From an uncultured Lentisphaeraceae bacterium (GTDB lineage Bacteria; Verrucomicrobiota; Kiritimatiellia; RFP12; UBA1067), in assembly GCA_964386865.1 (NCBI GenBank), contig CAYLUN010000004.1, forward strand, positions 28,123-92,122: 64,000 nucleotides of DNA, given 5' to 3'. The notes below the pieces were generated by a model, which saw only the letters and a program-made list of their open reading frames with translations, searched no databases and had not been told where the DNA came from. Positions 1 through 8,854 of the stretch are shown here, piece after piece; position 1 is the stretch's first letter, and every line of letters begins with the position of its first letter. The position numbers and the translations under genes are program-made.

Positions 1-247
1 GCGCGTCTTCCGCCGCCGCGCGGGTGCGGTCTGAGACCGCGTCTCGGTGATGCACGGCCAGCGTTTTCTTCGTCAGCCCCAGAATGCGCTGCTGGCACCA
101 GTCATGGAGCAGGCGCTTCTCGAAAACGACCTCGTCGCCGCGACGCTGGAAGGGCACCTCGTCGCGCAGGACGAGGTGGTAGAGCTCCCGGTCGGTGATG
201 CGGATCTGCCTGGCCGCCTGCTGGAGATTGAGCATTCGATGGGGCAT
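1..247 (-). CDS. N-terminal part of a helix-turn-helix (excisionase/MerR-like) DNA-binding protein; the gene runs off the window edge
   Basis: Hand translation of the minus strand from the ATG at 247-245 gives MPHRMLNLQQAARQIRITDRELYHLVLRDEVPFQRRGDEVVFEKRLLHDW..., open to position 1. Alternative start at 235. It is missing from the ORF track because it is truncated. The + ORF 47-439 is its antisense shadow. Confidence 0.45.
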   Translation of the reverse strand, partial: MPHRMLNLQQAARQIRITDRELYHLVLRDEVPFQRRGDEVVFEKRLLHDWCQQRILGLTKKTLAVHHRDAVSDRTRAAAEDA

Positions 248-411
248 GTTGAGCCTCGCCTTCAACCAGTCGTTGACCGTAAAGAAGCCTGCGTAAAATG
301 TTATTTTAGACCAGCGAGGGTCGCGTGTCAAAGCGGAACGGCGGCTATATTCCGCGGCCGCGAGCCTGGCGAGAAAAGGTGCTCGGCAGGCGATTTCCGG
401 CGCGCTTCATG

Positions 412-440
412 TGGACACAAGCCGTCGCCGTTAGTATAAT
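412..440 (+). promoter_or_regulatory. sigma70-like promoter candidate (TGGACA-17-TATAAT)
   Basis: TGGACA at 412-417, a 17-nt spacer, and a perfect TATAAT at 435-440. It lies about 125 nt upstream of the ATG at 566. Confidence 0.45.
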
Positions 441-565
441 GCAAGCACGAAAACGGAACCGCACCGTGTGTGGGTTTTCGAACCGTCCGGAAGGCGCCGC
501 TGTTCGGTGCCGCAGGGGACGGCGCAGTGTCTGACAACGTGTCAACAAGAAGGGAGCGTTCGGTT

Positions 566-1828
566 ATGAATGGTCATGATCAACCGGGCAATGTGGCGCT
601 GGATACGCATGTCGCAGACCTCACCATTACGCAGGCGGAACGGGACGTTCTGCGGCGTCTGGGTGAGCGAGTGATGGCGTTATCCACGCGCCAAATCGAA
701 GCGGAAAAGAAGGTTCTTTGGACGCGTAAGAACGCGCTGCAGGCGTCGCGGCCGGTGATTCTTTGCGATCCCGAGTTCAGCTGGCGCGAGATCATCCCCG
801 AGGCGTCGCTGGAGTGCACGCACGCGCTGGCGCGGCACTGGGAGCACCGTCTGCGCAAGGAGATCTTCTGGGGCGAGAAGATGGGCGACGACCGGGTCGT
901 GGAGAGCCGGTTCACGGTTGGGTGGATTTACAGGCGGACCTACTGGGGGCCGGACACCTCTTCGGTGCACCCGCAGCCGACCCTCAAGGATTTGAACGAT
1001 TTGAGCGGGCTGCAGTTCCAAACGATCACGGTGGATCGGGATGCGACGACAGAGGTCGTGCATCTGGCGCGCGAAGTTTTCGACCGGGTGATGCCGGTCA
1101 AGTTGCGAGAGAAGTGGTATTGGTCGCTGGGCTTGACGCGCGAGCTGATCCAGCTGCGCGGAATCGAGCAGTACATGCGGGACATCAAGGAGAATCCGGA
1201 CGGCGTCCACAACCTGATGGCCTTCCTGCGGGACGGGACGTTGGACTTGGTCACGTTCCTCGAGAACGCAGGCCTGTACAGCCTCAACAACGAGGGCGAC
1301 TACATAGGGTCGGGCGGCTTCGGCTGGACCTCCCAGCTGCCGGCCCGCGACTACCAGGGCACGGCCCGGGCCAAAGATCTCTGGGCGCTCTTCGAGAGCC
1401 AGGACACCAAGGGGCTCTCGCCCGAGCTGTTCGACGAGTTTGTGCTGCAGTACCAGAAGCCGGTGATGGCTCGCTTCGGGCTGGCGTGCTACGGGTGCTG
1501 CGAGCCGATGTCGGAGCGCTGGCACCTGCTCAAGGGCATTCCGAATATCCGTCGCGTCAGCGTGTCGCCGACCTGCGACCGCGCCAAGATGGCCGAGGCG
1601 CTGCAGGACAAGTACGTCTACTCCTGCCGGCCGAACCCGGCGATTCTGTCGTCGAGCGTCTTCGACGAGGCCGCCGCGCGCAAGGATGTGCGCGACATCC
1701 TGGACAAGGCCAAGGGCTGCCACCTCGAGATCATCATGAAGGATCACGACACGATCCAGCATGACCCCGCGCGCGCGATCGCGTGGTGCAAGCTCGCCAA
1801 GGAAGAGATCGCCCGCTATTACATGTGA
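566..1828 (+). CDS. conserved hypothetical protein (420 aa), family not recognised
   Basis: ORF 470-1828 with the start moved to ATG 566, which follows AGGGAG (551-556). The composition is protein-like, not the Arg/Pro/Gly-rich shadow type. I cannot assign a family; a URO-D/MtaA-like TIM barrel is only a weak impression. Confidence 0.7.
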   Translation: MNGHDQPGNVALDTHVADLTITQAERDVLRRLGERVMALSTRQIEAEKKVLWTRKNALQASRPVILCDPEFSWREIIPEASLECTHALARHWEHRLRKEIFWGEKMGDDRVVESRFTVGWIYRRTYWGPDTSSVHPQPTLKDLNDLSGLQFQTITVDRDATTEVVHLAREVFDRVMPVKLREKWYWSLGLTRELIQLRGIEQYMRDIKENPDGVHNLMAFLRDGTLDLVTFLENAGLYSLNNEGDYIGSGGFGWTSQLPARDYQGTARAKDLWALFESQDTKGLSPELFDEFVLQYQKPVMARFGLACYGCCEPMSERWHLLKGIPNIRRVSVSPTCDRAKMAEALQDKYVYSCRPNPAILSSSVFDEAAARKDVRDILDKAKGCHLEIIMKDHDTIQHDPARAIAWCKLAKEEIARYYM

Positions 1829-1848
1829 TGTGCTGGCCGCATTGCGCG

Positions 1849-1882
1849 AGAGGGGCCGGGGCCACCCGGCCCCTCTTTTTTT
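1849..1882 (+). terminator. intrinsic terminator
   Basis: A 12-bp stem (AGAGGGGCCGGG / CCCGGCCCCTCT) with loop GCCA is followed by TTTTTT (1877-1882), 20 nt after the stop at 1828. Confidence 0.8.
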
Positions 1883-1994
1883 AGAGAGGGGCGGGCTCGC
1901 TGGCCTGAACGGGAAGCGCGCGGCGTCCCCGCCGCTCGCGGCTCGCGGGGACGCGAGGCCTCCAGGGCGCTCAGGATGCGCGGGCCGCTTGCCC

Positions 1995-3005
1995 CTACCC
2001 GTGCGGCTGGGCCGCGAGCCAGTCGGCGACGGATTTGTTGAAGAGGCGCTTGGCCGGGCTGAGCGGCTCGCGGATGGTGCAGCCGGCGGCGCGGGCGTGG
2101 CCGCCTCCGCCGAACTGCTTGGCCAGTTCGGTGGCGTCGAGCGGCGCGCGGGTGCGGATGCTGACCCGCGTTTCCGCGTTGTCGTCGCTTCCGTAAAAGA
2201 ACAGCGCCACGCGGTTGCCGATGAGGCTGCGCGGGATCTCGACGACGTCCTCTGCGTCGGCCTTGGTGCCGCCGGTCTCTTCGAAGTCCTGCCCGGTGAG
2301 CGTGACCGAAGCGACGGCGTTGTTGTCCGACACGGTCAGCGTGCGGAACGCACGTCGCTTGAGCTCGACGGACGTGCGGCTGAACGAGCAGTAGAGCTTG
2401 TCGTTGATGGCCGCCGTGCGCACGCCGTACTTGAGCAGGTCCGCGCCGCAGCGCAGCGTGGCGGGCGTGGTCTGGTCGTAGGCGAAGCGCCCGCTGTCCG
2501 TGATGACGGCCACCCACAGCGCCTCGGCGGTGACGGCGTCGAGCTGCCAGCCGGCCTTGCGGGCCAAGCGCCAGACCATCTCCCCGGTCGAAGAGGCGCG
2601 GCCGTCGATCCAGTTGTAGGAGCCGAACAGGGTGTTCGTGCGGTGGTGGTCGATGTTGATCACGGTCAGCTTGGCGACGAGGGGCTGGATCGGCTCGGGC
2701 AGCCGGTCGAACGCGCCGCAGTCCACGGAGATGACGAGGCTGAAGCGCCGCTTGGCTGCGGACGCGGGCGCGAGCAGCTTCTCGACGCCGGCGAGGAAGC
2801 CCGGCCCTCCGAGGCCCTTGCGCTCGGCCGTGGCGACGGCCTTGATGCCGGCGCGGTTGAGCAGGTGCGCGAGGGCGATCATGCAGCCCAGCGAGTCGCC
2901 GTCGGGGCGCACGTGCCCCGTGATCAGGACGCTGTCCGCCTGGCCGATGATCTTCAGGAGCTCAGCCGGTTTCGTCCGGCGCGGTTTGACAGGGGTTCGC
3001 TTCAT
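1995..3005 (-). CDS. nrnA: DHH-family phosphoesterase (NrnA-type oligoribonuclease / pAp phosphatase)
   Basis: From MKRTPVKPRR: motifs HVRPDGDSLG, NIDHH and a C-terminal GGGGH. The 506-aa track ORF is an upstream extension that overlaps proA; the ATG at 3005 was chosen. Confidence 0.8.
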   Translation of the reverse strand: MKRTPVKPRRTKPAELLKIIGQADSVLITGHVRPDGDSLGCMIALAHLLNRAGIKAVATAERKGLGGPGFLAGVEKLLAPASAAKRRFSLVISVDCGAFDRLPEPIQPLVAKLTVINIDHHRTNTLFGSYNWIDGRASSTGEMVWRLARKAGWQLDAVTAEALWVAVITDSGRFAYDQTTPATLRCGADLLKYGVRTAAINDKLYCSFSRTSVELKRRAFRTLTVSDNNAVASVTLTGQDFEETGGTKADAEDVVEIPRSLIGNRVALFFYGSDDNAETRVSIRTRAPLDATELAKQFGGGGHARAAGCTIREPLSPAKRLFNKSVADWLAAQPHG

Positions 3006-3013
3006 GGGTGTGT

Positions 3014-4267
3014 CTAACGGATCTGCCCGTCGCCTGTGACCACGTACTTGTAGGTGGTCAGCTCCTCCAGGCCCATGGGGCCGCGGGCGTGGAGCTTGTC
3101 GGTGCTGATGCCCATCTCGGCGCCCATGCCGAACTCGCCGCCGTCCGTGAAGCGGGTTGAGGCGTTGACGTAGACGGCCGCCGAGTCGACCTCTTTGAGG
3201 AAGCGCTTGGCGTTGGCCGCATCGGAGGTGACGATGGCGTCGGAGTGGTGCGAGCCATACGTGTTGATGTGCGCGATGGCGCTGTCGAGGTCGCGGACCA
3301 CGCGGACGGAGAGGATGAGGTCGAGGTACTCCGTCGTCCAGTCCTCGTCGGTCGCGGGCGCGCAGTCGGGGAGCACGGTGCGCGTGGCCTCGCAGCCGCG
3401 CAGTTCGACCTTGCGGCGGGCGGCCAGGGCGGCCAGCTTCGGAAGGAAGGCGCGGGCCACAGACTGATGGACGAGCAGCGTCTCCATCGCGTTGCAGACG
3501 CCGGGCCGCTGGCACTTGGCGTTCTCGACGATGGCCAGGGCCATGTGCAGGTCGGCCGTGGCGTCCACGAAGACGTGACAGACGCCTTTATAGTGCTTGA
3601 GGACGGGGATGCGGGCGTGCCCGACGACGGCCCGGATGAGCGATTCGCCGCCGCGGGGGATGACCACGTCCACGCGGTCGTCCATCTGAACCAGCTCGCG
3701 CACGGCCTCGCGGTCGGTGGTGGCGATGAGCTGCACGGCGTTCGTGGGCAGACCGGCGCTAGCCCCGCCCTGCCGCAGCGCGTCGGCGATGGCGAGGTTG
3801 GAGTGGATCGCCTCCTTGCCCCCGCGCAGGATCACGGCGTTCGAGGTCTTGATGCAGAGCACGGCCGCGTCGGCGGTGACGTTCGGGCGCGACTCGAAAA
3901 TGATGGCCACGACGCCGAGGGGCACGCGCCGCTTCTCGATCACGAGGCCGTTCGGCCGCGTGCGCTTCCAGAGCCGCTTGCCAACGGGGTCGGGAAGCGC
4001 GGCGACTTCGCGGATGCCCTTGACCATGCCGTCGATGCGGGCGCCGGTGAGGGTCAGCCGGTCGATCAGGGCGGAGGCGAGGCCGCCGGCATGCGCCTGC
4101 TCGACATCGCGGGCGTTGGCCGCCTGGATCGCGTGTCGCTGGGCGTGGATCGCGTCGGCCATGGCCAGCAGCCCCGCGTTCTTCTGCTTGGTCGTGAGGT
4201 TCACCATCTGGCGAGCGGCGTCGAGCGCCTGGTCGCCGATGGCCCGGATGGTATCGTGGAGAGACAT
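3014..4267 (-). CDS. proA: gamma-glutamyl phosphate reductase
   Basis: 417-aa aldehyde-dehydrogenase-fold protein with typical ProA sequence throughout (…IFESRPNVT…, …NASTRFTDG…). It lies downstream of proB. Confidence 0.95.
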   Translation of the reverse strand: MSLHDTIRAIGDQALDAARQMVNLTTKQKNAGLLAMADAIHAQRHAIQAANARDVEQAHAGGLASALIDRLTLTGARIDGMVKGIREVAALPDPVGKRLWKRTRPNGLVIEKRRVPLGVVAIIFESRPNVTADAAVLCIKTSNAVILRGGKEAIHSNLAIADALRQGGASAGLPTNAVQLIATTDREAVRELVQMDDRVDVVIPRGGESLIRAVVGHARIPVLKHYKGVCHVFVDATADLHMALAIVENAKCQRPGVCNAMETLLVHQSVARAFLPKLAALAARRKVELRGCEATRTVLPDCAPATDEDWTTEYLDLILSVRVVRDLDSAIAHINTYGSHHSDAIVTSDAANAKRFLKEVDSAAVYVNASTRFTDGGEFGMGAEMGISTDKLHARGPMGLEELTTYKYVVTGDGQIR

Positions 4268-4271
4268 GGGA

Positions 4272-4306
4272 AGGTAGGAGTTGGGAGTTAGGAATTAGGA
4301 GTTAGG
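4272..4306. repeat. tandem heptanucleotide repeat, about 5 units (AGTTAGG family)
   Basis: AGGTAGG AGTTGGG AGTTAGG AATTAGG AGTTAGG in the 79-nt proB-proA spacer. Confidence 0.9.
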
Positions 4307-4346
4307 GGAAGGAGCGCAGGAACACAAACGCCAAACGCCTCTCTGT

Positions 4347-5153
4347 TCACAGCGCGCTGCTGAGGATCAGGGTGCCGGTGTCGTGTCCGGCCATCACATT
4401 GAGCAGGATGCGGCTGTCGCGGCCGCAGGCGATGACCACGCCGCAGCCGGTCTTCACGGCGATCTGCGCGGCACGCAGCTTGGAGTCCATGCCGCCCTTC
4501 GACAGGCCGCCGCTCTGGGCGGGGTTGACCAGCGAGAAGGCGTCGCTCAGGTTCTCGATGCAGGGAACGCGCTTGCCGGCGGCGTCGAGCACGCCGTCGA
4601 CGGTGCTGAGGATAATGAGCAGGTCTGCGCGCACGAGCTTCACGACCAGGGCGGCGAGGTAATCGTTGTCGCCGAGGGAGAGGTCGGCTTTGATCTCCTC
4701 GTCCGCCACCACGTCGTTTTCGTTGATGATCGGGATCACGCTGTGCCGAATCATATGCTCCATGGTTCGCTTGGCGTTGGCGAAGCGGATGCGGTGCTGA
4801 AAGTCGGCGTGCGTGAGCAGAACCTGCCCGATGGTGATCTTCTCGGCGTTGAACAGCTCCTCGTAATGCGCCATCAGGCGGGCCTGCCCGACGGCCGCGC
4901 ACATCTGCAGGTCGGGCACGGTCTTGGGGCGCTCCTTCATGCCCAGCGCCTCGACACCGGCGCCGATGGCGCCGGAGGAGACCATCAGAACCTCGTAGCC
5001 TTTTCGCTGGAGCTCGGCCACTTGGGCGACGAGGCTCTTGAGGGGGCGCATATCGGGCCGCCCGGTCTTCTGGGCGATCACGCGGGTGCCGATCTTGACG
5101 ACGACGCGGCGGGCTTCGGGGAGAAACTCACGGTAGCGGTGTTCTACGTTCAT
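4347..5153 (-). CDS. proB: glutamate 5-kinase (short form without PUA domain)
   Basis: 268-aa amino-acid-kinase fold: VVKIGTRVI…, MVSSGAIGAG, INENDVV. Confidence 0.93.
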   Translation of the reverse strand: MNVEHRYREFLPEARRVVVKIGTRVIAQKTGRPDMRPLKSLVAQVAELQRKGYEVLMVSSGAIGAGVEALGMKERPKTVPDLQMCAAVGQARLMAHYEELFNAEKITIGQVLLTHADFQHRIRFANAKRTMEHMIRHSVIPIINENDVVADEEIKADLSLGDNDYLAALVVKLVRADLLIILSTVDGVLDAAGKRVPCIENLSDAFSLVNPAQSGGLSKGGMDSKLRAAQIAVKTGCGVVIACGRDSRILLNVMAGHDTGTLILSSAL

Positions 5154-5177
5154 GGGCGATGGGTGCTGGTTGGTAGT

Positions 5178-5247
5178 TTACAGGTTACAGGTTACAGGTT
5201 GCAGGTTACAGGTTACAGGTTACACGTTACACGTTACACGTTACACG
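5178..5247. repeat. biphasic tandem heptanucleotide array: 6 x TTACAGG (one unit is TTGCAGG), then 4 x TTACACG
   Basis: Ten contiguous in-phase 7-nt units read directly. They lie between the tsf terminator and the proB start. Confidence 0.95.
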
Positions 5248-5311
5248 CTGCTGGTCAGGCGGAACATTTTCAGTTTACTGGATGTGCGGGGGGAAAGCAA
5301 GCGGTGCGGGA

Positions 5312-5342
5312 CATACAAAAGGCCGGGGCGAGCGCCCCGGCC
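5312..5342 (-). terminator. intrinsic terminator of tsf
   Basis: On the minus strand, GGCCGGGGC-loop-GCCCCGGCC is followed by TTTTGTATGT, about 30 nt after the tsf stop. Confidence 0.75.
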
Positions 5343-5370
5343 TCCTGTGGTGTCGTCTCGCGCGTCGCGT

Positions 5371-6216
5371 CTAGGCGGCGCCGAGCTGGTAGCGGACGAA
5401 GCGCTTGATCGTGATCGTGTCGCCGGTGGCTTTCTCGCAGGCCTTCACCACGTCGGTGACCGTCTGCTTGGGCTCCTTGACAAATGGCTGGTTGACCAAA
5501 CAGACGTCCGAGAAGAACTTGTTGACGATCCCCTTGAGGGCGTTCTCGACGATGTTGGCCGGTTTGCCTTTGAAACGGTCGCTGTTGCGAGCGATGTCCT
5601 TTTCGGTCTCGATGGCCTCCGCCGGCACTTCCGCCGAGGTCAAGTAACGAGGCGCGGCGGCCGCAATTTGGAGCGTCAGGTCGTGAACGAGTTCGCCGAA
5701 CGCGGCGTTTTGGACGGTCTCGGCCTTGCCGCAGCCGACCTCAACGAGGACGCCGACCTTGCCGCCCATGTGGATGTAGGAGGCGACGCTGCCGGTGCCG
5801 CTCAGCGCGTAGCGGGCGGTGCGGCGGATCTTGACGTTCTCGCCGGTCTGCGCGACGATCGTCATGAGGCCGTCCTTCATCGCGGCGGCGAGGTCTTCGA
5901 CGCCCGCCAGGGCCTGGCGCGTCACCTCCGTGGCGAAGTTCTTGAAGTTGTCGGTCTTGGCGACGAAGTCGGTCTCGGTGTTGACCTCGGCCATACCGAT
6001 CGTCTGGCCGTCTTCCGAGGCGATGGCTTTGATGATGCCTTCCTTGGACTCCTTGTCGGCGCGCTTGACTTGGATTGCGAGCCCTTTCTCGCGCAGCATC
6101 TTGATGGCGGCGTCCATGTCGCCGGCTGTGTCGATCAAGGCTTTCTTGCAGTCCATCATGCCGGCGTTGGTGCGCTGGCGCAAGTCGTTGATCATTGCAA
6201 CTGAAATGTCTGCCAT
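5371..6216 (-). CDS. tsf: translation elongation factor Ts
   Basis: The N-terminal UBA-like motif INDLRQRTNAGMMDCKKAL is diagnostic. The gene follows rpsB. Confidence 0.95.
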   Translation of the reverse strand: MADISVAMINDLRQRTNAGMMDCKKALIDTAGDMDAAIKMLREKGLAIQVKRADKESKEGIIKAIASEDGQTIGMAEVNTETDFVAKTDNFKNFATEVTRQALAGVEDLAAAMKDGLMTIVAQTGENVKIRRTARYALSGTGSVASYIHMGGKVGVLVEVGCGKAETVQNAAFGELVHDLTLQIAAAAPRYLTSAEVPAEAIETEKDIARNSDRFKGKPANIVENALKGIVNKFFSDVCLVNQPFVKEPKQTVTDVVKACEKATGDTITIKRFVRYQLGAA

Positions 6217-6291
6217 GGTGTGCTCCTAAAAAGATAGGTTGAGTGACGACCGGACGTGCCCGATGGGGCGGGCCTGTCCGGCGGAACGAAG

Positions 6292-7272
6292 TTACTCGGC
6301 AGCGGCAGGCGCTTCCGGGGCGGCTTCCGGAGCGGCCTCGGGGGCCGTCTCGGGCGCCGTCTCGACGGCGGCGGCCTTGGCGTCGACCGCGTCCTTGGCG
6401 GCTTTGGCGGCGCGCTTGCGGGACTCGGTCAGCTTGGCCTTGGCCTTGTCGGCGCTGTCGCTGGCGTCCTTGCGGGCCTTGCGGGCGGCGCGGTCCTGCG
6501 CCTCCAGGTTGGCTTGCTCGGCGTCCTTCTGGCGCTGGCGCTCGGCGGCGATGCGGGAGTACTCGTCGTTTGCGGACTTGATGACGTTGGCGAACGCGTC
6601 GGCGATCATCTTGATGCCGCGGACGGCGTCGTCGTTGCCCGGGATGACGTGCTCGATGGGGTCGGGGTCGGCGTTGGTGTCGACGACGGCGACCACGGGA
6701 ATGCCAAGGCGGGTCGCCTCGCTGACCGCGTTCTGCTCGCGGCAGATGTCGACGATAAAGAGCGCGCCCGGCTTGCTCTCCATGTCGGCCACGCCGCCGA
6801 GGTTCTTCTGGAGCTTGTCCAGCTCGCGGCGGAGGCTGGCGGCCTCCTTCTTGTGCACGGAGAGCACGCCGTTGTTGTTGCGGCCCATGGCTTCGATCTG
6901 GCGCATGCGCTTGACGCTCTTGCGGATTGTCTGGTTGTTGGTGAGCGTGCCGCCGAGCCAGCGCTCGGTCATGTGGAACTGGCCGCAGGCGACGGCCGCT
7001 TCTTTCACGGCTTCCTGCGCCTGCTTCTTGGTGGCCACGAAAAGAACCTTCTTGCCGCTGAGGGCGATCTCGCGCAGGAACGCGGCGGCTTCGTCGATGA
7101 GGGCGACCGTCTGGGTCAGGTCGATGATGTGGATCCCGTTGCGCTTATCGAAGATGTAGCGCTTCATCTTGGGGTTCCAGCGCTTGGTCTGATGTCCGAA
7201 GTGCAGGCCCGCGTCCAGCAGGTCCTTGAGGGTGAGCCCGGTGAGGCTCGAGACTGGCATTTCCATGTGCAT
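6292..7272 (-). CDS. rpsB: 30S ribosomal protein S2 with a low-complexity C-terminal extension
   Basis: LLDAGLHFGHQTKRWNPKM… is the S2 core. Start chosen at MHMEM (7272); 7266 and 7260 are equally possible. The last roughly 75 aa are A/K/E/D-rich and end in ETAPETAPEAAPEAAPEAP. Confidence 0.9.
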   Translation of the reverse strand: MHMEMPVSSLTGLTLKDLLDAGLHFGHQTKRWNPKMKRYIFDKRNGIHIIDLTQTVALIDEAAAFLREIALSGKKVLFVATKKQAQEAVKEAAVACGQFHMTERWLGGTLTNNQTIRKSVKRMRQIEAMGRNNNGVLSVHKKEAASLRRELDKLQKNLGGVADMESKPGALFIVDICREQNAVSEATRLGIPVVAVVDTNADPDPIEHVIPGNDDAVRGIKMIADAFANVIKSANDEYSRIAAERQRQKDAEQANLEAQDRAARKARKDASDSADKAKAKLTESRKRAAKAAKDAVDAKAAAVETAPETAPEAAPEAAPEAPAAAE

Positions 7273-7565
7273 TCTCTCTAACGTGGACAAGAACCCCGTC
7301 GGCCGGCCGCAGCATGCGTCGGTCGGCGTCGGTCCGGTTCTGCCCGGGTTAATCCGCTTTGGCGCGCCGGCCCAGTGGCCGGCCCGTCTTCGCTTCCGCA
7401 CGGAGGAGCCACTCGGCAGTCCGCGCTGATAGAACAAATAGAATACCTGATTTCGCTGCCGCAGGCAAGGGGGCGGCGGCACATTTTTGGTGATCGGTTG
7501 CTATGGGGGCTTCACAAGGCCGCAGCGAATGTCGTATTCTACCCCGCCATGGAACAATCAGCGGG

Positions 7566-8798
7566 ATGAAGCGGTACGTCATCAGGCGACTAGCGGAAAT
7601 GGTGCCGACCACCTTCGGGGTGCTGGTGCTGACGTTTCTGCTTTTCCACGTCGTCGGCGGGTCGCCGGCGGAGGTCGTGCTCGGCAAGAGCGCCACGGCG
7701 GAGTCGCTGGCGGCCTTCGACGCCCGCTACGGCTACGACAAGCCGCTGCTGCTCGGCCGCTGGACGGGAATCCGCGCGCTGCGTCCGACGCCGGCCGACC
7801 GTCTGGAGCGGGGCGCCGACGAGGGCTTGCGCCGCATGCCGCTCGCGTGCCCGCTCCCGGCGGGTGCCTACCGCGTCAGCGCCGGCCGCGTCCTGCTCGG
7901 CCTGCGCGACCTCGCCTCCGGCGCGGAGGACGAGGCGCTGGTGGACGGCCCGGCGCCCCTGACCTTCTCCGTGCGCGAGGGCTGGAAAGCCGTGTCGCTG
8001 CAGGTGGGTGGGGCGCTGCCGCCGACGCTCCAGCTCGAGAAGCGGAACGCGGGCGCGTTCGACTCGCAGTTCATCCGCTACTGCGCCGACCTCGCGCAAG
8101 GGAATTTTGGGGTCTCGTCCGAGTACGGGCTGCCCGTGACGCGCGTGCTGGCGCTCGGCGTGGGGCCGTCGCTCGCGCTGACGGTGCCGATTCTGGCGGG
8201 CGGGACGCTCATCGGCGTCGGGCTGGGCTTGCTGTGCGCGGCTTGGCGCGGCGGAGCCGCCGACCGCGCGGTGCTGGTGCTCTCGACGCTGCTGATGAGC
8301 GTGAACTACGTGGTGTGGGTGCTGGCCGGGCAGTTCCTGCTGGCGTACAAGCTGAGGCTCTTTCCACTCTGGGGGTTCGAGTCGGCCGCGTATCTGGCGC
8401 TGCCGGTGCTTATCGGCATCGTGAGCGGACTGGGCCGCGACATCCGCTTCTTCCGCGCGGCGATCCTCGACGAGGTCTACAAGCCCTACGTGCGTACGGC
8501 ACAGGCCAAGGGGCTGAGCGGCGCCCGCATCATGGTGCGCCACGTCCTGCGCAACAGCCTGATCCCGGTCGTGACGTATGTGAGCCTCTCCATCCCGTTC
8601 CTGTTCACGGGCAGCCTGATGCTGGAGAGCTTCTTTGGCATACCGGGGCTCGGCAGCGTGAGCCTGAACGCGATCCATTCGTCGGACATGGCGGTGGTGC
8701 GGGCCGTGGTGATTCTGGGCGCGCTGCTTTACCAGGGCGTGAATTTGCTGACCGACCTGTGCTACGCGTGGCTCGACCCGCGCGTGCGGCTGGGGTAA
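7566..8798 (+). CDS. ABC transporter permease, DppB/OppB-like, with an enlarged first external loop
   Basis: MKRYVIRRLAEMVPTTFGVLVLTFLLFH… is the typical N-terminus, and the EAA-type region is …YVRTAQAKGLS…RHVLRN…. The start at ATG 7566 lies inside ORF 7503-8798. Confidence 0.85.
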   Translation: MKRYVIRRLAEMVPTTFGVLVLTFLLFHVVGGSPAEVVLGKSATAESLAAFDARYGYDKPLLLGRWTGIRALRPTPADRLERGADEGLRRMPLACPLPAGAYRVSAGRVLLGLRDLASGAEDEALVDGPAPLTFSVREGWKAVSLQVGGALPPTLQLEKRNAGAFDSQFIRYCADLAQGNFGVSSEYGLPVTRVLALGVGPSLALTVPILAGGTLIGVGLGLLCAAWRGGAADRAVLVLSTLLMSVNYVVWVLAGQFLLAYKLRLFPLWGFESAAYLALPVLIGIVSGLGRDIRFFRAAILDEVYKPYVRTAQAKGLSGARIMVRHVLRNSLIPVVTYVSLSIPFLFTGSLMLESFFGIPGLGSVSLNAIHSSDMAVVRAVVILGALLYQGVNLLTDLCYAWLDPRVRLG

Positions 8799-8854
8799 GC
8801 GTGTCAGGTTTTGGCCTGCGCGGAAAGCGGAGGAGATGAGCGTTGTGAGGGAGC

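Noticed and set aside
441-565. The roughly 125-nt leader after the perfect TATAAT promoter as a possible riboswitch
   Set aside because: I could not match it to any riboswitch core I know, such as the B12 box, SAM, FMN, glycine or TPP. Without a covariance-model scan the idea is unsupported.
680-1764. Long ORFs 680-1762 (-) and 763-1764 (+) overlapping the 566-1828 gene
   Set aside because: Both are Arg/Pro/Gly/Ala/His-rich translations typical of off-frame or antisense reading of high-G+C coding DNA. Only the 566-1828 frame has protein-like composition.
3006-3515. N-terminal 170-aa extension of the nrnA ORF (506-aa track ORF 1995-3515)
   Set aside because: The extension is Arg/Pro/Gly-rich and lies entirely inside proA on the same strand in another frame. 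The DHH protein starts naturally at MKRTPVK (3005), 9 nt after the proA stop.
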